Shown piece by piece: positions 15,845 through 34,703 of a stretch of DNA of 64,000 nt. The stretch lies in the NCBI RefSeq assembly GCF_009914755.1, contig NC_060930.1; one strand, written 5' to 3'. Source of the DNA: the human T2T-CHM13v2.0 reference genome, Homo sapiens. Every line of letters starts with the position of its first letter. The first letter of the stretch is position 1. The position numbers were made by a program, and so were the translations under genes. The notes below the pieces were generated by a model, which saw only the letters and a program-made list of their open reading frames with translations, had not been told where the DNA came from and did no database searches.

Positions 15845-16011
15845 TTTTTTTAAATTTTATTATTATTATACTTTAAGTTTTATGGTACAGGTGCATAACG
15901 TGCAGGTTTGTTACATATGTATACATGTGCCGTGTTGGTGTGCTGCACCCATTAACTCATCATTTAGCATTAGGTATATCTTCTAATGCTATCCCTCCCC
16001 CCTCCCCCCAC
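15845..16011 (-). mobile_element. Young L1PA 3'UTR end, heavily 5'-truncated
   Basis: tattattatactttaagtttt...ccctcccccctcccccca; accacat on both flanks. Confidence 0.9.
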
Positions 16012-16539
16012 ACCACATGGTTTATGAGAGCAAAAACATTATACTCACCCTTCACGGGTGAAGTACTATGTATTTGTAATGACTCACAGAGCTACACTCA
16101 AGCAATTTGAAATGACAAAAGTATGAAGAAACCAGTGCATTTAAATGAAAAATGAAGATAAATCCAAATAGCATGAATTGTATAATTTTAAAGAAAACTT
16201 ATGAACACACATGTGTTGACATGTTGAAACTGAATATTTTATTTGAATAATTGAAACATTATCTTGGTAAACAAATGGACTGGTTTTTGTTTGTTTGTTT
16301 GTTTTGGGTTTTCATTTTAAGCATTGTAACCTCCCAACAGAAGATGGTTAAAAAGTGCTGTACCAAGCTCTGTCTAACCAGGAATCCGAGAGTCTCTCTT
16401 AAGCACTATGAACTCAATGAATAAATTAAATGATGCCTCTGTTTTACCTGGAATGAAGGTCATTTCTTGCTGTCTCATAATGCTACTCTTAAAATTTTCA
16501 TTGGCAATTAAATTTCACTTAGCACACTAACAAAAAAAA

Positions 16540-17320
16540 TAAGATATTATATAAAATGTTTTCCAGAAGATACTGTGAAGTGAAAAAAGTACAAAACAGC
16601 ATATGCTATCTACCTTTTAAGAAGGAAAGGAAAATATAAAAATACAAATATATGCGCCCATCTCTACAAAAAGAAAACACTGAAAGGATAAATCAGAAAA
16701 CTATAATGTTGTTTCCTACAAGGGGCAGGTGGGAAGCGGGCAGAAGGGTTATAGTTGAGACTGACACATTTTTGTAAATGCCTTTCAGAGCCTTAACTTT
16801 TAGAAATATATCAATCATCTGTATGTTAAAAAAAATCAACAAGAATAAGAAATAGGTGAGGGGACTAAAACTGAAAGCAAATAAAATGAAACTAAAACAA
16901 ATAAATGAATCCAAGTGTATTTCAAATGAATAAAATCTCAGAGAAAGGTGGGTTTGGGTGAAGGGACTCTAATGCAATTATCACTAAGGGGCGAGCAAGA
17001 TGTTTATATGATCTTAAAATGTCTGTCTGCACGTTGCTTAGTAGTTGCAAAAGAAAGAACTACATAATTGAGAAATCACACAAGGCACTAAGTAGATAAT
17101 CAGAATGAATATCACAAATGAACATCAAAAATGGACACAGTTGTGGTGCCTTAGGAAGCATACAACCTCACTTTTGCTATATTTCAAAAGGGAATGCATA
17201 ATCTGAGTCTATTCATGAGGAAACGTTAGTCAAACCTAAATTGTGAAATATTCTATTTTAAAATAAAGGGTGGATGGAGAGACCTGTACTCTTAAAAAAT
17301 ATCATTGTTATAAAAGTCAA
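16540..17320 (+). mobile_element. Ancient L1MC-type 3' region, left part of the element hosting the SPTLC1 retrocopy and the L1PA
   Basis: Removing the two inserts rejoins ...gttataaaagtcaa|aaggctgagaaaaaatacttctt|aaaggagactaaag, which resembles L1MC 3'UTR. Confidence 0.6.
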
Positions 17321-17359
17321 GGTGCTTGTGACCCACCTTCCGGAAGGAAGCGGTTAACT

Positions 17360-17825
<466 letters not shown>

Positions 17826-18905
17826 TTTTTTTAACTAAAAAGTAAACTTTAATGTTGAAAATGCAAACTTGGGGAAGGCAGAAAGATCACACACAAGGCT
17901 GTCACTTCACACTTCGAAGGTTGCAAAGCAGGCGGGCAGAGGCGCTCCTCACTTCCCAGATGGTGCGGGGGCTGGGCAGAAACGCTCCTCCCTTACAAAC
18001 GGTGAGGGGGCTGGGCAGAGGTGCTCCTCACTTTCCAGACAGGGCGGCGACTGGGCAGAAGCACTCCTCACTTCCCAGATGGGATGGTGGCCAGGCAGAG
18101 GCACTCCTCATTTCCCAGAGAGTGAGGAGGCCCGGCAGAGGCACTCTTCACTTCACAGACAGGACGGCGATGAGGCAGAGGCGCTCCTCATTTCCCAGAC
18201 GGTGAGGAGGCCAGGCAGAGGCACTCCTCACTTCACAGACAGGACGGCGGCAAGGCAGAGGCGCTCCTTACTTCCCAGACAGGGTGGCGGCTGGGCAGAG
18301 GTGCTCCTCACTTCCCATACCGTGAGGCGGCCAGGCAGAGGTGCTCCTCACTTCCCAGAAGGGGTGGAGGCTGGGCAGGCGGTGCTCCTCCTCAATTCCC
18401 AGATGGTGGGCAGCTGGGCAGAGGTGCTCCTCACTTTCCAGACAGGGCAGTGGCCAGGCAGAAACACTCCTCACTTCCCAGAGTGTAAGGGGGCTGGGCA
18501 GAGGCACTCCTCGCTTCGCAGACAGGACGGCAGCTGGGCAGAGGCGCTCCTCACTTCCCAGACAGGGCGGCAGCCTGGCAGAGGCACTCCTCACTGCCCA
18601 GATGGGGCAGGGCCCAGGCAGAGGCGCTCCTCACTTCCCAGACTGTGAGGCGGCTGGGCAGAGGCGCTCGTCACTTCCCAGACAGGGTGGGGGACGGGCA
18701 GAGGCGCTCCTCACTGTCCAGAGGTGCAGTGGCCAGGCAGAGGTGCTCCTCACTTCCCAGACGGTGGAGCAGCTGGGCAGAGGCACTCCTCACTTCCAAG
18801 ACGGTGGGGCAGCTGGGCAGAGGCACTCCTCACTTCCCTGATGGTGGAGCAGCCAGGCAGAGGCGCTCCTCACTTCCCAGATGGTGCAGGCAGAGATTCT
18901 CCTCA
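17826..18905 (-). mobile_element. SVA2-type VNTR element (~24 units of ~40 bp, unique 3' end, polyA)
   Basis: Unit ggcagaggcgctcctcacttcccagacgg; T tail at 17825-17832; minus-strand ATTAAA 17848-17853; degenerate 14-bp TSD at 17812-17825 and 18906-18919; no SINE-R or hexamer. Confidence 0.85.
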
Positions 18906-18988
18906 GGTCTCAATCTCTTGACCTCCTGATCCACCTGCCTGGGCCTCCCAAAGTGCTGGATTACAGGCGTGAGCCACCACGCCTGCCC
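18906..18988 (-). mobile_element. Remainder (5' end) of the split Alu
   Basis: ggtctcaatctcttgacctc...cctcccaaagtgctggattacaggcgtgagccacc. Confidence 0.92.
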
Positions 18989-20212
18989 TGCCGTCTCTTC
19001 TTTCTCCTCCTAAGCAGCTGTCTTAGTCTCCTGAATTTTGATGTTCTACTTAACACCCTCCTGTTCTTATGCATGTTGCCCTGCTGGAGGCGTCCTCCTC
19101 TTTGGGAAGCCTGACCCACCAACAGTGCCTCAGGAGATAGACATGGAAGCTTAGCCGGTGGGGGCCCCTCATCTCTATCCCACCTCAGTTGCAGGGGAGG
19201 GGTCGGTTGCAGCTGCAGCGGTGGCCCCGACAGTTTTCTTTTGCAGGACCTGTGGCTGACAGCTCTGGGTGGAGAAGACCTACTTGATCCAAGAGCTGCA
19301 GGATCCTTGGGCTGCATGTCCTCCCCCAGCATCAGCAAGCATGGAGAGCTGGGCAGGTGGTCTTTACCCAGCACCTTCAAGGCCGCCTTCTCTGGCCACA
19401 GGGAGCAGCCCGGAACTGGGGCAGGGACCACTGTTGGAAGTGGGTCAGGCTTCCCAAAGGGAAGGATGCCTCCAGCAGGGCTGTGTGAACTGGAGACTCC
19501 ATGGCCCTTGGAGTAGAAACTCACTGCATACACCTGGGCCTTGTCAGTCTGGTTCTTTTCTGCCAAGCTGTTGGAGGTGGACATTTCCCTCCAAGGGCCT
19601 GGGATTGTACCAGGAGGAAGTGAGGTTTCCCTGAGTCTCCAGGGGCCCAGAGGTGAAGGCTGCTTCCCCATTGCTACAGGGGCCCCTTTTATTGTCCTTC
19701 TGCCCCTGGGTCTCTACTTGGTATTTCACCTTCGTTGCTTCTTTGGGCTCTTCTGCCCTCACCTCCGTCTTCGGGAGCCTGGCTGGGATCACCTGCTCAT
19801 CTAATGAAGGAAGTTGAAAGTTAAACTTGCCTCTGAGATAAGGGATCCTCACGGGGCTGAGGTGTCCAAACATCATGGAGTTGCAAGCAGACAGCAAGGG
19901 TTTCTTCCTTGAGGGGGAGCTCCAGACCACAGGAGGCAGGACCCTCTGTGGGGTGCCCGTGTTCCGAGGGATAAGACTCAGCCTCATAGGGGCGCCATCC
20001 CACCTGACTGGAAAAGAAGGCCCAAGATGTCGCTGACGGTTGAAGAGGAGTGGGAAACGGCCCAAGATTCCCGGGGCAGGCACAGGTGCAGGAGCAGCAG
20101 GGTGAGCCCGGCCAGCTGGGAAGGCCTCACGGACAAGACGAGCAGGTTGCTGATGGCATGGCCAGGACCTGCGGTGGAACCAGGAACAAAATACACTTAG
20201 TGAGTTGCCCAT
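18961..20212 (-). pseudogene. NPAP1/POM121-related intronless gene copy (UPF0607 type), ~416 aa if repaired, single +1 frameshift
   Basis: Track ORFs 19544-20230 and 18961-19671 join at GNVHL/NSLAEKNQTDK (extra base at 19573-19574); motifs MGNSLS, PAGRAHP, RKKPLLS..FGHLSPVRIP and WDRDEGPPPAKLPCLS recall NPAP1. Confidence 0.82.
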
Positions 20213-20844
20213 TTTGAGCAAGTTGTGCACAGACGAAACTAAGGGTCAGAAGTGGAGAGGATACTCCTAAGTCACCCACTTCTCTGTGGCCGGGTGCACA
20301 CTGGGCATCTGGGAGTTTATGACATCACCATGGGGCTGGTGACAGAGCCAGGGTGTGGAGGAGTGCTTAGGAGCCCAGCGAGGGTGCCTACAAGAGGAGT
20401 CAAAGGGCAAAGGGTGAGACCTTTCCACCGATCCAGCTGGACTCTAGCCTCAGGGACGTCCTGCTCCTGGGGGCAGGTGTGTGGCCCTGGATGGGCCCCC
20501 CTGTGGGGCTGTTGGAGGTGTGGGGCTGATCCGCCAGAGCCCTTCTGCCTGGTGCCTGGTCCAGGTCCTGGCTAGCACCCAGTGGCCCTGTCTTGGCCAG
20601 CCCTGTCCCCCAGGTTACAGGGCCAGAACCTGGAAGCAGAGCGCAGGACCAGCCAGATCCCGCCAGGCTCCCCCTGGGCCTCTCCAGTGCCTCTGTGCTG
20701 CCTGGAGCCAGGCCCGCCTTCTCCATGGCTGCCGTGGCCTCAAGGGCCACCAGCATTGCTCTGCAGGTTTCCAAAGAGGGGACACGGTGCCCTGACCTGA
20801 CTGGATGCGCCTCTTACCACATGCCTCCCTGGCAGGCAGGGTCT

Positions 20845-20950
20845 CCACTTTTTACAAATTTGCCTGAGACCATTCCTCAGGTCATTCAGGTGGTCATGGC
20901 CCAGCCAGGCTTTGAACCCAGGCTGTGTGATTCCACAGCTGGCGCTCTGG
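20845..20950 (-). mobile_element. MIR fragment carried inside the retrocopy
   Basis: ccactttttacaaat...caggtcattcagg...tttgaacccaggctgtgtgattcca. Confidence 0.55.
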
Positions 20951-21606
20951 CCTGTGTGCCTCATGATCATGGATACAGCATCTATTCTTATTTTTTCCTG
21001 TAGTCCTGGGGTACTTAGCACCATGGCATATCTGTAATAAGCACATGCACACCTTGAAGGAGGTCTTCACTTCAACATACAAGTTGACCATGGCATGCTC
21101 TGGGCTCCAGTCCTCTACAAAGATGTAGGGCAGGAACTACCAGTTGTCAGCACAGCACCATGACACATTGCTCTTCTAATGGAGCCTTTCACCCCAGATG
21201 TTCTTTCTCGTCTGATGGGAAGGATCCAAGTATGTAAAGATTATGTTCTAGATCAGCTTTGGTCTGTCCTAAAAGAAATTTGCCAGTGGCTTATTCCATA
21301 TGGATAAAAGTCAGTTTCTCTGGTCTTCCTGGAATGTGTCTAGAAAGCAAATACATTATTTACAAGTTCATAGTAGATCAATGTATTGGATTAAAATATG
21401 ACAAACATAATTTGGTCATTGTGAGCATGCCAGCTCAGTCAACTATTCACCACACATGATGCCCTAAATATAACTCTAGGTTTTCTTATGCCCAAGAGAG
21501 GGACATACTCTTGGGTGTCTGGACTAGGGAAATATGTATGAAAAACCATTTGGCCACTCCACATCTTGTTATTGGAGAATTGAAACCATCTATATTCAAA
21601 GATATT

Positions 21607-21612
21607 ATTAAA
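21607..21612 (+). terminator. ATTAAA polyA signal of the composite transcript, inside an old antisense L1 fragment (~21543-21634)
   Basis: 22 nt upstream of the A tail. Confidence 0.75.
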
Positions 21613-21672
21613 AGGCAAGAAGTTAACTTCTGTCAAAAAAAAAAGTCAAAAGGCTGAGAAAAAATACTTCTT

Positions 21673-25928
<4,256 letters not shown>

Positions 25929-25941
25929 AAAAATACTTCTT

Positions 25942-26250
25942 AAAGGAGACTAAAGAAGCATGGCAACTAACTTTAATATCTGATCTAAATTAAAATCTTG
26001 CAGGGGAAAAGCACTATAAATGGCACTATTGTGTCAATTGACTAAATGAGAATATGAATAATAGATTAGAAAATATATTGTATCAATGTTAAATTTATTG
26101 AAGATAATAACTGTAATTTGGTTATGGAAAAGAATATCCTTATTTTAGGGAATAAAAATTAGAGTATCTAGGAGAAAAAGGTCATGATGTACAGAACTTA
26201 TTCTGAACGGATCCAGAAAAAATCAAATGTATGCATATATATTTATGGGG
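25942..26250 (+). mobile_element. Continuation of the ancient L1MC-type element
   Basis: aaaggagactaaag...attgtatcaatgttaaattt...gataataactgta. Confidence 0.6.
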
Positions 26251-26443
26251 TGAGTACGTATACTTATACACACACAGGAACAGAGGCTATTTACGGGTCC
26301 AACAGCATGTACTCCCTGTCACTAAGACTGCTGTAATTAATGCCACTGCTGACGGTCTGGCAGGCCAGCATCAGACATCATTGCTTAGCCTTAGTATGCC
26401 ATTATCATCAAGAAGGCCAGTCAGCCACTTGATGGCAGGCTGA

Positions 26444-26995
26444 TGTCAAAGCAAAAATCGTCCTTGACAATGTTAAACAGGTAAGGAAGAGTTTATTCAA
26501 GGCAATCACAGCAGGAGAGAGAGAACAGAAAACAGTCTGAACTCAACTTCCCTAAAACAAAGGGCAGGAGGGTTTTTAAGTGCTGGGGTGAGCTAGTGGA
26601 AAAGTACTGGAGGATGTCAGAAAGGATGTTGGTTAGTGAGGTGTGTGGAGCATATTGAGTCACTTCTGAGTTTTCTCTGTGATTAGGCCATCTGTATTTG
26701 CTGACTGGTGCCCATCAAAGTTACGTTCTTATTTTTCCATAGAGACTCTGAAATAGGTGCTATCATTTATGATTAGCTCTCAAAGGGATGGCACCCAGGT
26801 CTTTGAGAAGGACATTCCTGGTTGCAAAACTAACAGAAATCTTTTGAAAAGATTTACATCTCAAAGGGGCAGAGAAATTACAATTACCAGTTCTCTAAGG
26901 TAAAGGCTCTAAGAATAGAGTTCAAAAACCAAGAGTCAGGAGAAGCCTGTGTAAAGTTTACTCAAGCAGAGGGGAATGTTAAGATCTTTTGGTCA
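26444..26995 (-). mobile_element. ERV1 solo LTR (MER67/MER31-like)
   Basis: tgtcaaag...ggtca termini; near-TSD ctga/ctaa; minus-strand polyA signal (tttatt). Confidence 0.7.
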
Positions 26996-27576
26996 CTAAT
27001 TACATTAGACTCCTTCCTTCCTGGAGGACCCAATCTTTTATGTCCTTTATGAAAATTGTACATATTACAGATGTGGGTTTACCTTTATCAGCACTGCTAA
27101 TCAAAGACTTAGAGAATGCTAAATCCATTGGCATGGGAAACTGCACAAAATTGCCTCAGACCTAGAGACCCATTTAGAGCAAAGAAAGTATGAAAAAATG
27201 GCACAGGATTATGATATCCACTTGTCTTAACATACACTTCATCATCCAGAAGCAGCCAGTGAAATAAAACAGTGGTAGAGCATATAAAAGGCTTAGTTAC
27301 AGCTCTAGATTAGGGACAGCACCCTGCAGGATTGGGCACCCCTGTTGGGTGGTGTTCAGCCACCCAACTGTTAATATATAAGGCAGTGTTCCCAAATGCG
27401 AAATTGCATCAGTCTATGAAACAATGGGCAGGAAAAGAATTGACTCTTCTAAATATAATTCCTAATGACACAGTTGAAGAAGTTGTATTTCTCAACCTTT
27501 TGCTCTTAGGCTTTGCCATATTAGAGGCCTTGATGCCTGTTGGGGTTTCACGGGAAAGTGGGAAGGTAAGGGAGAG

Positions 27577-27929
27577 TGTCTTCATCCATTCTGTGCTGCT
27601 ATAACAGAATAATTGAGACTAGGTAATGTATAATGAACATAAATTTATTGATCCATTTTTCTGGAAGCTGGGAAGCCCAAGACTGAGGGAATTCCTAGCA
27701 TCTGGCTTTGGCCTTCTTGCTGTGTCATCCCATGGCAAAAGGCAAAAGAGCATACAAGAGAGACAGTAGGAAGGGGGACAAATTTATTTTTTTACCAGGA
27801 ACCCACTCCCAGGATAAGGGCAATAATTCCTTACCTAATCACTTCTTAAAAGTCCCACCTCCCAACACTGTTGCACTGGGGATTAAGTTTCTAACATATG
27901 AACTTTGGGGTACACATTCAAATATAGCA
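27577..27929 (-). mobile_element. MST-type MaLR LTR
   Basis: tgtc...gctgctataacagaat...atagca; near-TSD gagag/gaaag. Confidence 0.85.
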
Positions 27930-28547
27930 GAAAGAGAGTAAGACTGTGGATTGGAGATGGAGGGAGAGAAACACTTCTCCCAGTTTACTCAAAAATATTT
28001 CCACTTAAATCTACATGCAACGACCTTTCAGTAACCCTGATTCCTCATGCCAGCAGAACATCAGGCAACAAAAAGAGCACTCCACTGGTAGGAGTGATTA
28101 GCTCTAATTTCTATGAGATACTATGTAGGCTACAAAATGATGGAGTCAGAAAGAAGTAAATTTCAAACATTGTAAATTCACTGAGTCATTCCTTGGTGCA
28201 TCCACGCAGAACAATAATGATGGACAAATGCTGGTTATAATCACTACCCAAAAAGGCCAAAGGAAGTAAGGGCTCAGAACTCTCAGGAATAAGAACCCAC
28301 TAGCTCAAAGAGAGCTCTGAATACCAGAACATCTGTTTGGCAGCTTAAGTGCTGGCCAAAAATGAGGAAAATTTGGTACGGGGAGAGAGAAAGGAAATAA
28401 TGAATAGCAGTTATAGCCTTGAAACCAGCTGAAGCAGACTTGTATTTAGGCCTTGCAGTGATTGCAGCTGGCCACCACCTTGAAAGGGACTCTATAATAC
28501 AGACTTAAATAGAAGGCATGGCAGAAATACATGAAACAAAACTGGAT

Positions 28548-29010
28548 TGTCTTGAACAACTCTGATAGTGTCACTTCAGATCCTCCAGCTCTACCTCTTA
28601 CTCCAGCTCTGCATACAGTTCCATGCAGGCTTCAGATGGCTTCTTGCAGATGCAACTGTACAATACTTGCCTTTGACTTCCTGTCCTAAGGTTTCTCTTT
28701 TGAATATAAATCCAGGGTGCAGGAGAGTTTAGACCTGTGGGACCACCCTTGACCACTAAGAGACAGGAACAGATAATTAAATGCTTTCCTCTTTCATCCC
28801 TTGGGAGAACAGTTTTGTGACACCCTTCATTAGGCTTTTTCAAAAGGTCCCAATGAGATCCAGTCCAGTTACCCACAATGGTGGCCAACTTGATAATATG
28901 TCTTATATTGCCTTTCTCTCTTTCCTGTTTTACCTCCTAACTTTCTTATTCCTCCTTCTTTGTTGTTATTGACAACACTTTCCAAACAAGCTACCTGTTG
29001 CGATACTTTT
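28548..29010 (+). mobile_element. LTR16-like ERVL LTR (probable 3' LTR of the ERVL remnant)
   Basis: ttaaatgctttcctctttcatcccttggg...ccagttacccacaatggtggccaacttgataa. Confidence 0.6.
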
Positions 29011-30559
29011 GTCTATAATTTTACTAAATCCTCAGTAACCTAGATAAATTGTTTAACTTCTATGAGCCTCATTTTCATCATATTTACTAGTGGCATACTT
29101 ATTACATTACTTATAACCAAAAATATCTGAGGATTAAAGGAAGGAATATATGTGAAGCATGTACAAAACAAGATCTGGTCCAAGCAGTCATTCAACAAAT
29201 GGCAGTCATTATTATTACTGTCTCATTTCTCCCATAGAGTCCTTTAAATTATCTTTCTTCTAAATTACTTAGAGTCTACTATATGTGACAACAGACACAA
29301 AGTCAGAAACAAAAGTGTCCATTTGGTGTTTATTTCTAAGTTACTTTGCCCTGGGTCATTCTGACATGACTCAAAATAGTACAAATAGTACAAACTTACA
29401 GCTTTGGCAACCATTCCTCTCAACAGGTAATATTTAATTCCAATAACCATTTGAAGAAAGATGTGAATCAAGAAGGTTGTTGATAATTGACGGAGCAAAG
29501 TTCATGTAGTGGTGGCAGAAGATAGAATCCACAGTTATATGAAGGAATTTGCCTTAGATGTGAAGAACATCTACTTCTCTCAGACAGAAAAGAAAGAAAG
29601 AAGGAAAGATGGGAGATAAGAAGACAGTTTACTTTGTAGTTGGAAGTTGAGTGGATTCAGTTGCTATCAGTTTAAGAAGAAAGCAGGGTCATCTGTTGGG
29701 GCAGGGAGTGAGAATTTGGGAAAGGAATTTAGGACAGAAAGACTTGGAAAACGTTAATGTTAGAAAAAGAGACGATTTGTGTGAAATGGAAAGATGGTCA
29801 AGGAAGGCTGACAGCTAAGCTGAGATGTGGGTGGTCTATGCAGATATTAAGTAACCTAGGATAAAGGCAGGATTATGAGGGTATAACAAATTGGATCTGA
29901 ATGAAATCCTCCATGAGGGAACACTGAAAACTGAAAGTTACAAATTTAATCCTTAAGAATTAAGGTTTGAATTTACTTTGATGCAGAATTCTTAAATCTG
30001 GGGAAACTATATCAGTGGGCTTCAAGGAACAAAGCTCTTTCACAGAACACTATAAAATGTGGTTTAGAGAAAAGTTTCAGCTCTACAGATTGTTTCCTTT
30101 AGAAAAATACGTGTGTTTTGCTACGAATTTAGACTGCCTTTTTTGGTACTGCTACATATTCTTAAATATTCTGAATTCACTGTTGTTTGTGCAGGTTCTC
30201 ATTAGAAATTAGGAACACACACCTTCAAAACCCCCTTATCTGCAGGCCTGGTCTTTACCAGGAGTCAAGCTAGACGAAAGACTTGGAAAGATAACTGAAT
30301 TGAACTTTTGGCAGCCAATGAAGACAAGACTGGTTAAAGGTGTGCATTAAGGCTGAGCCTAAAAAATCTAGAATTTTTACTATTTTGATCATTATTTCCT
30401 AGTTAAATTTAATTTTTTTAAATTTTTCTCCTGGGAATTTAAAAGCAAGGCCACTCCATTATGGCTAAGGGTGAATTTTTTCCAACATGAATAAGTGGAC
30501 TTTGTAAGTCATTTTAGTAAGAATAATTTTGAAGAAGACTTGATTGAGTTTAGAAAGAA

Positions 30560-32690
<2,131 letters not shown>

Positions 32691-33943
32691 CCACGGGAAT
32701 GTAGCTAAGCAGGTCATCCATCTTTTACAAGACCTTCAGAATGGTTATGTAAGTTGTACCTATTTTCTGTGTATACTACCCTTTCAACATTCTTAAACCT
32801 TTAATAAAGTCTTATTTAAAAGTTGCAGGTTGGTTATATGTCGTACTGCAGGAAAAATTAGTAGGAATGTCTGGTGCTTGGGCCTAATTCGCCATTATCA
32901 GGGTATCAGGTACCCCCTCAGATGTGTGTCGGCAGCTATCTTTAGCAGAGGACATCTGTGTCCAAAGGAGAGGCTATCTCTCTAGAGCTAACAGTAGCAG
33001 CAGCATCCTAGTAGGCTGTCAGGGAAGCTAGAATGATGAGTTTTTATTTCCATCATTATTTCCAGTGGGAGATTATTTCCAGTATGGAAGTGAGAAAGCC
33101 TAGGAAACTCACAGTAATAGACAGTGGGACAACATGACAGGATAATTTTTCCCATCAGGCTGGTGGAACCCCTTGCCACTATAATTTAGTGTATTAAAAG
33201 AAATACACCATTGTTTTGCAGTCACAACATGAAAAGCAAAGAAACATGGGTAAGCAATAGAAAAGGAATATCAACAAGGTGCTAAATTCCTAAGTTAATA
33301 TGGGCATGCTGAGTTCAAAAGATGACAGTGATGATTCACAGAGATACACACAGATGGCATGAGACTTGAAGGAGCCATCACAAATCTCCTGCCATATTTT
33401 CACTAAGAAAAGTGGAAACAATTAAATAAGCACAACACTTCCTTGTCCTGTCCAACCTGCAACATGGAGAATAAGTAGCTCCCATTCAAAGGAGCCACAA
33501 AGAATTAGTCTCTTCAAGAAAATGCCACTTTCCAGTTAAAGCAAATAAATGACAGATAAAAGAATATACGTTTATAGTGGAACTGGAATCACATAAGGTA
33601 GATTCTCTCTATTTATTTCAACAACAAAAAAAAATATGTATTGATAATTACTGTGCCTGGCTTGGTGGGAATTGTTGGAAGAGAAAACAGAAGTAAGTAA
33701 ATGGCCGATGGTAGCAAAAGAACCAGTATTCTGAGAATAAGAGTGACACTATGAATTAAAGAAATATATGGATATATTCCTTATATTTTGTGTGATGTTT
33801 GAGAATTGAGAGGAAATGGTAAAACTAATCCACTGGGCGGCTCCCTGAAGGTACAGGCTGTGGCAACTAGTACTGTCAGAAACCTAAGATTATGGGACAG
33901 AGATTACTAGCTCTCCACCCAGATCTATTTTCTCCTTCTTCTC

Positions 33944-33998
33944 TTTTTTTTTTTTTTTTTTTTTTTCGATGGAATCTCGCTCTGTCGAGAGGCTGGAG
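33944..33998 (-). mobile_element. Alu 3' stub
   Basis: polyT + gatggaatctcgctctgtc..aggctggag. Confidence 0.8.
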
Positions 33999-34703
33999 AA
34001 AATTAATTTAAAGTTTTTGGTTTTCTTATATGATTCTTTTTTCTTAACTAGATATTCTGCATCACTATTAAAAAAGCAAAAAGTCATAAATAAAATTCAA
34101 GTCCTGTGTTGAATGAGCACATGAAGGAGTAAAAGGGAATGTGATATTAATCACCTGAAGGGGAAGAGAGCTTTTGCTGCTAATGGGGGCATTTGCAAGA
34201 CAGATTTTGGTGAAACTTAAAGATTCTATTAAAAGAATTTTTCTTCTATTCTTTTATAGACACCTAAAAGGCCTCCAAAAGTTGAGTTTGCCAAATTTAA
34301 GAACATTTCAAGCTCACTTTATATCGTTTTGGCAAAAGCTAATACAATAGGAATCCAGCACAGTTTACCTGGGGACACTGAAGTTCTTGAAGAGCCCATT
34401 TCGCAAGGTATATTTATATTCAGTTAAACTTCTATGGCTGAGTGATCCTATAAAACTGCATCTCTCACTCTCCCAAAAGGATTGACAGATTTAGTGAATA
34501 GAAAGATGCTCAGCTATATTTGCATTTCCTATAAACAAGGAATAATTTTTTGTATAATTATGTTCCCAATATCTGGAAACCATGCTCACTAAGTATGGGC
34601 AATATTCTGGCAGGGAGTCTGGAAGGTTGTCATAAATTAATATTTTTTCCCAATGCTTGATATGTCATGCTTGTACACATTTTATAGTTATCATGAAAGA
34701 TGT

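Larger units (their letters stand above)
26280..28545 (+). mobile_element. Degenerate ERVL internal region (integrase remnant, HERV16/ERV3-16-like) split by two LTR inserts
   Basis: gccactgctga...ccagtcagccacttgatggcaggctga|ttacattagactccttcc reads as a decayed QPATWWQVDYIGPLPS integrase motif. Confidence 0.6.

Noticed and set aside
17852-18929. Long overlapping ORFs (up to 259 aa) and a CRISPR-like periodic repeat
   Set aside because: These are open frames of a GC-rich ~40-bp SVA-type VNTR. The variable parts are related to each other rather than unique spacers, there are no cas genes, and the DNA is primate
20252-21091. Cluster of 65-136 aa ORFs on both strands
   Set aside because: Expected in GC-rich sequence; no recognisable homology and several non-ATG starts
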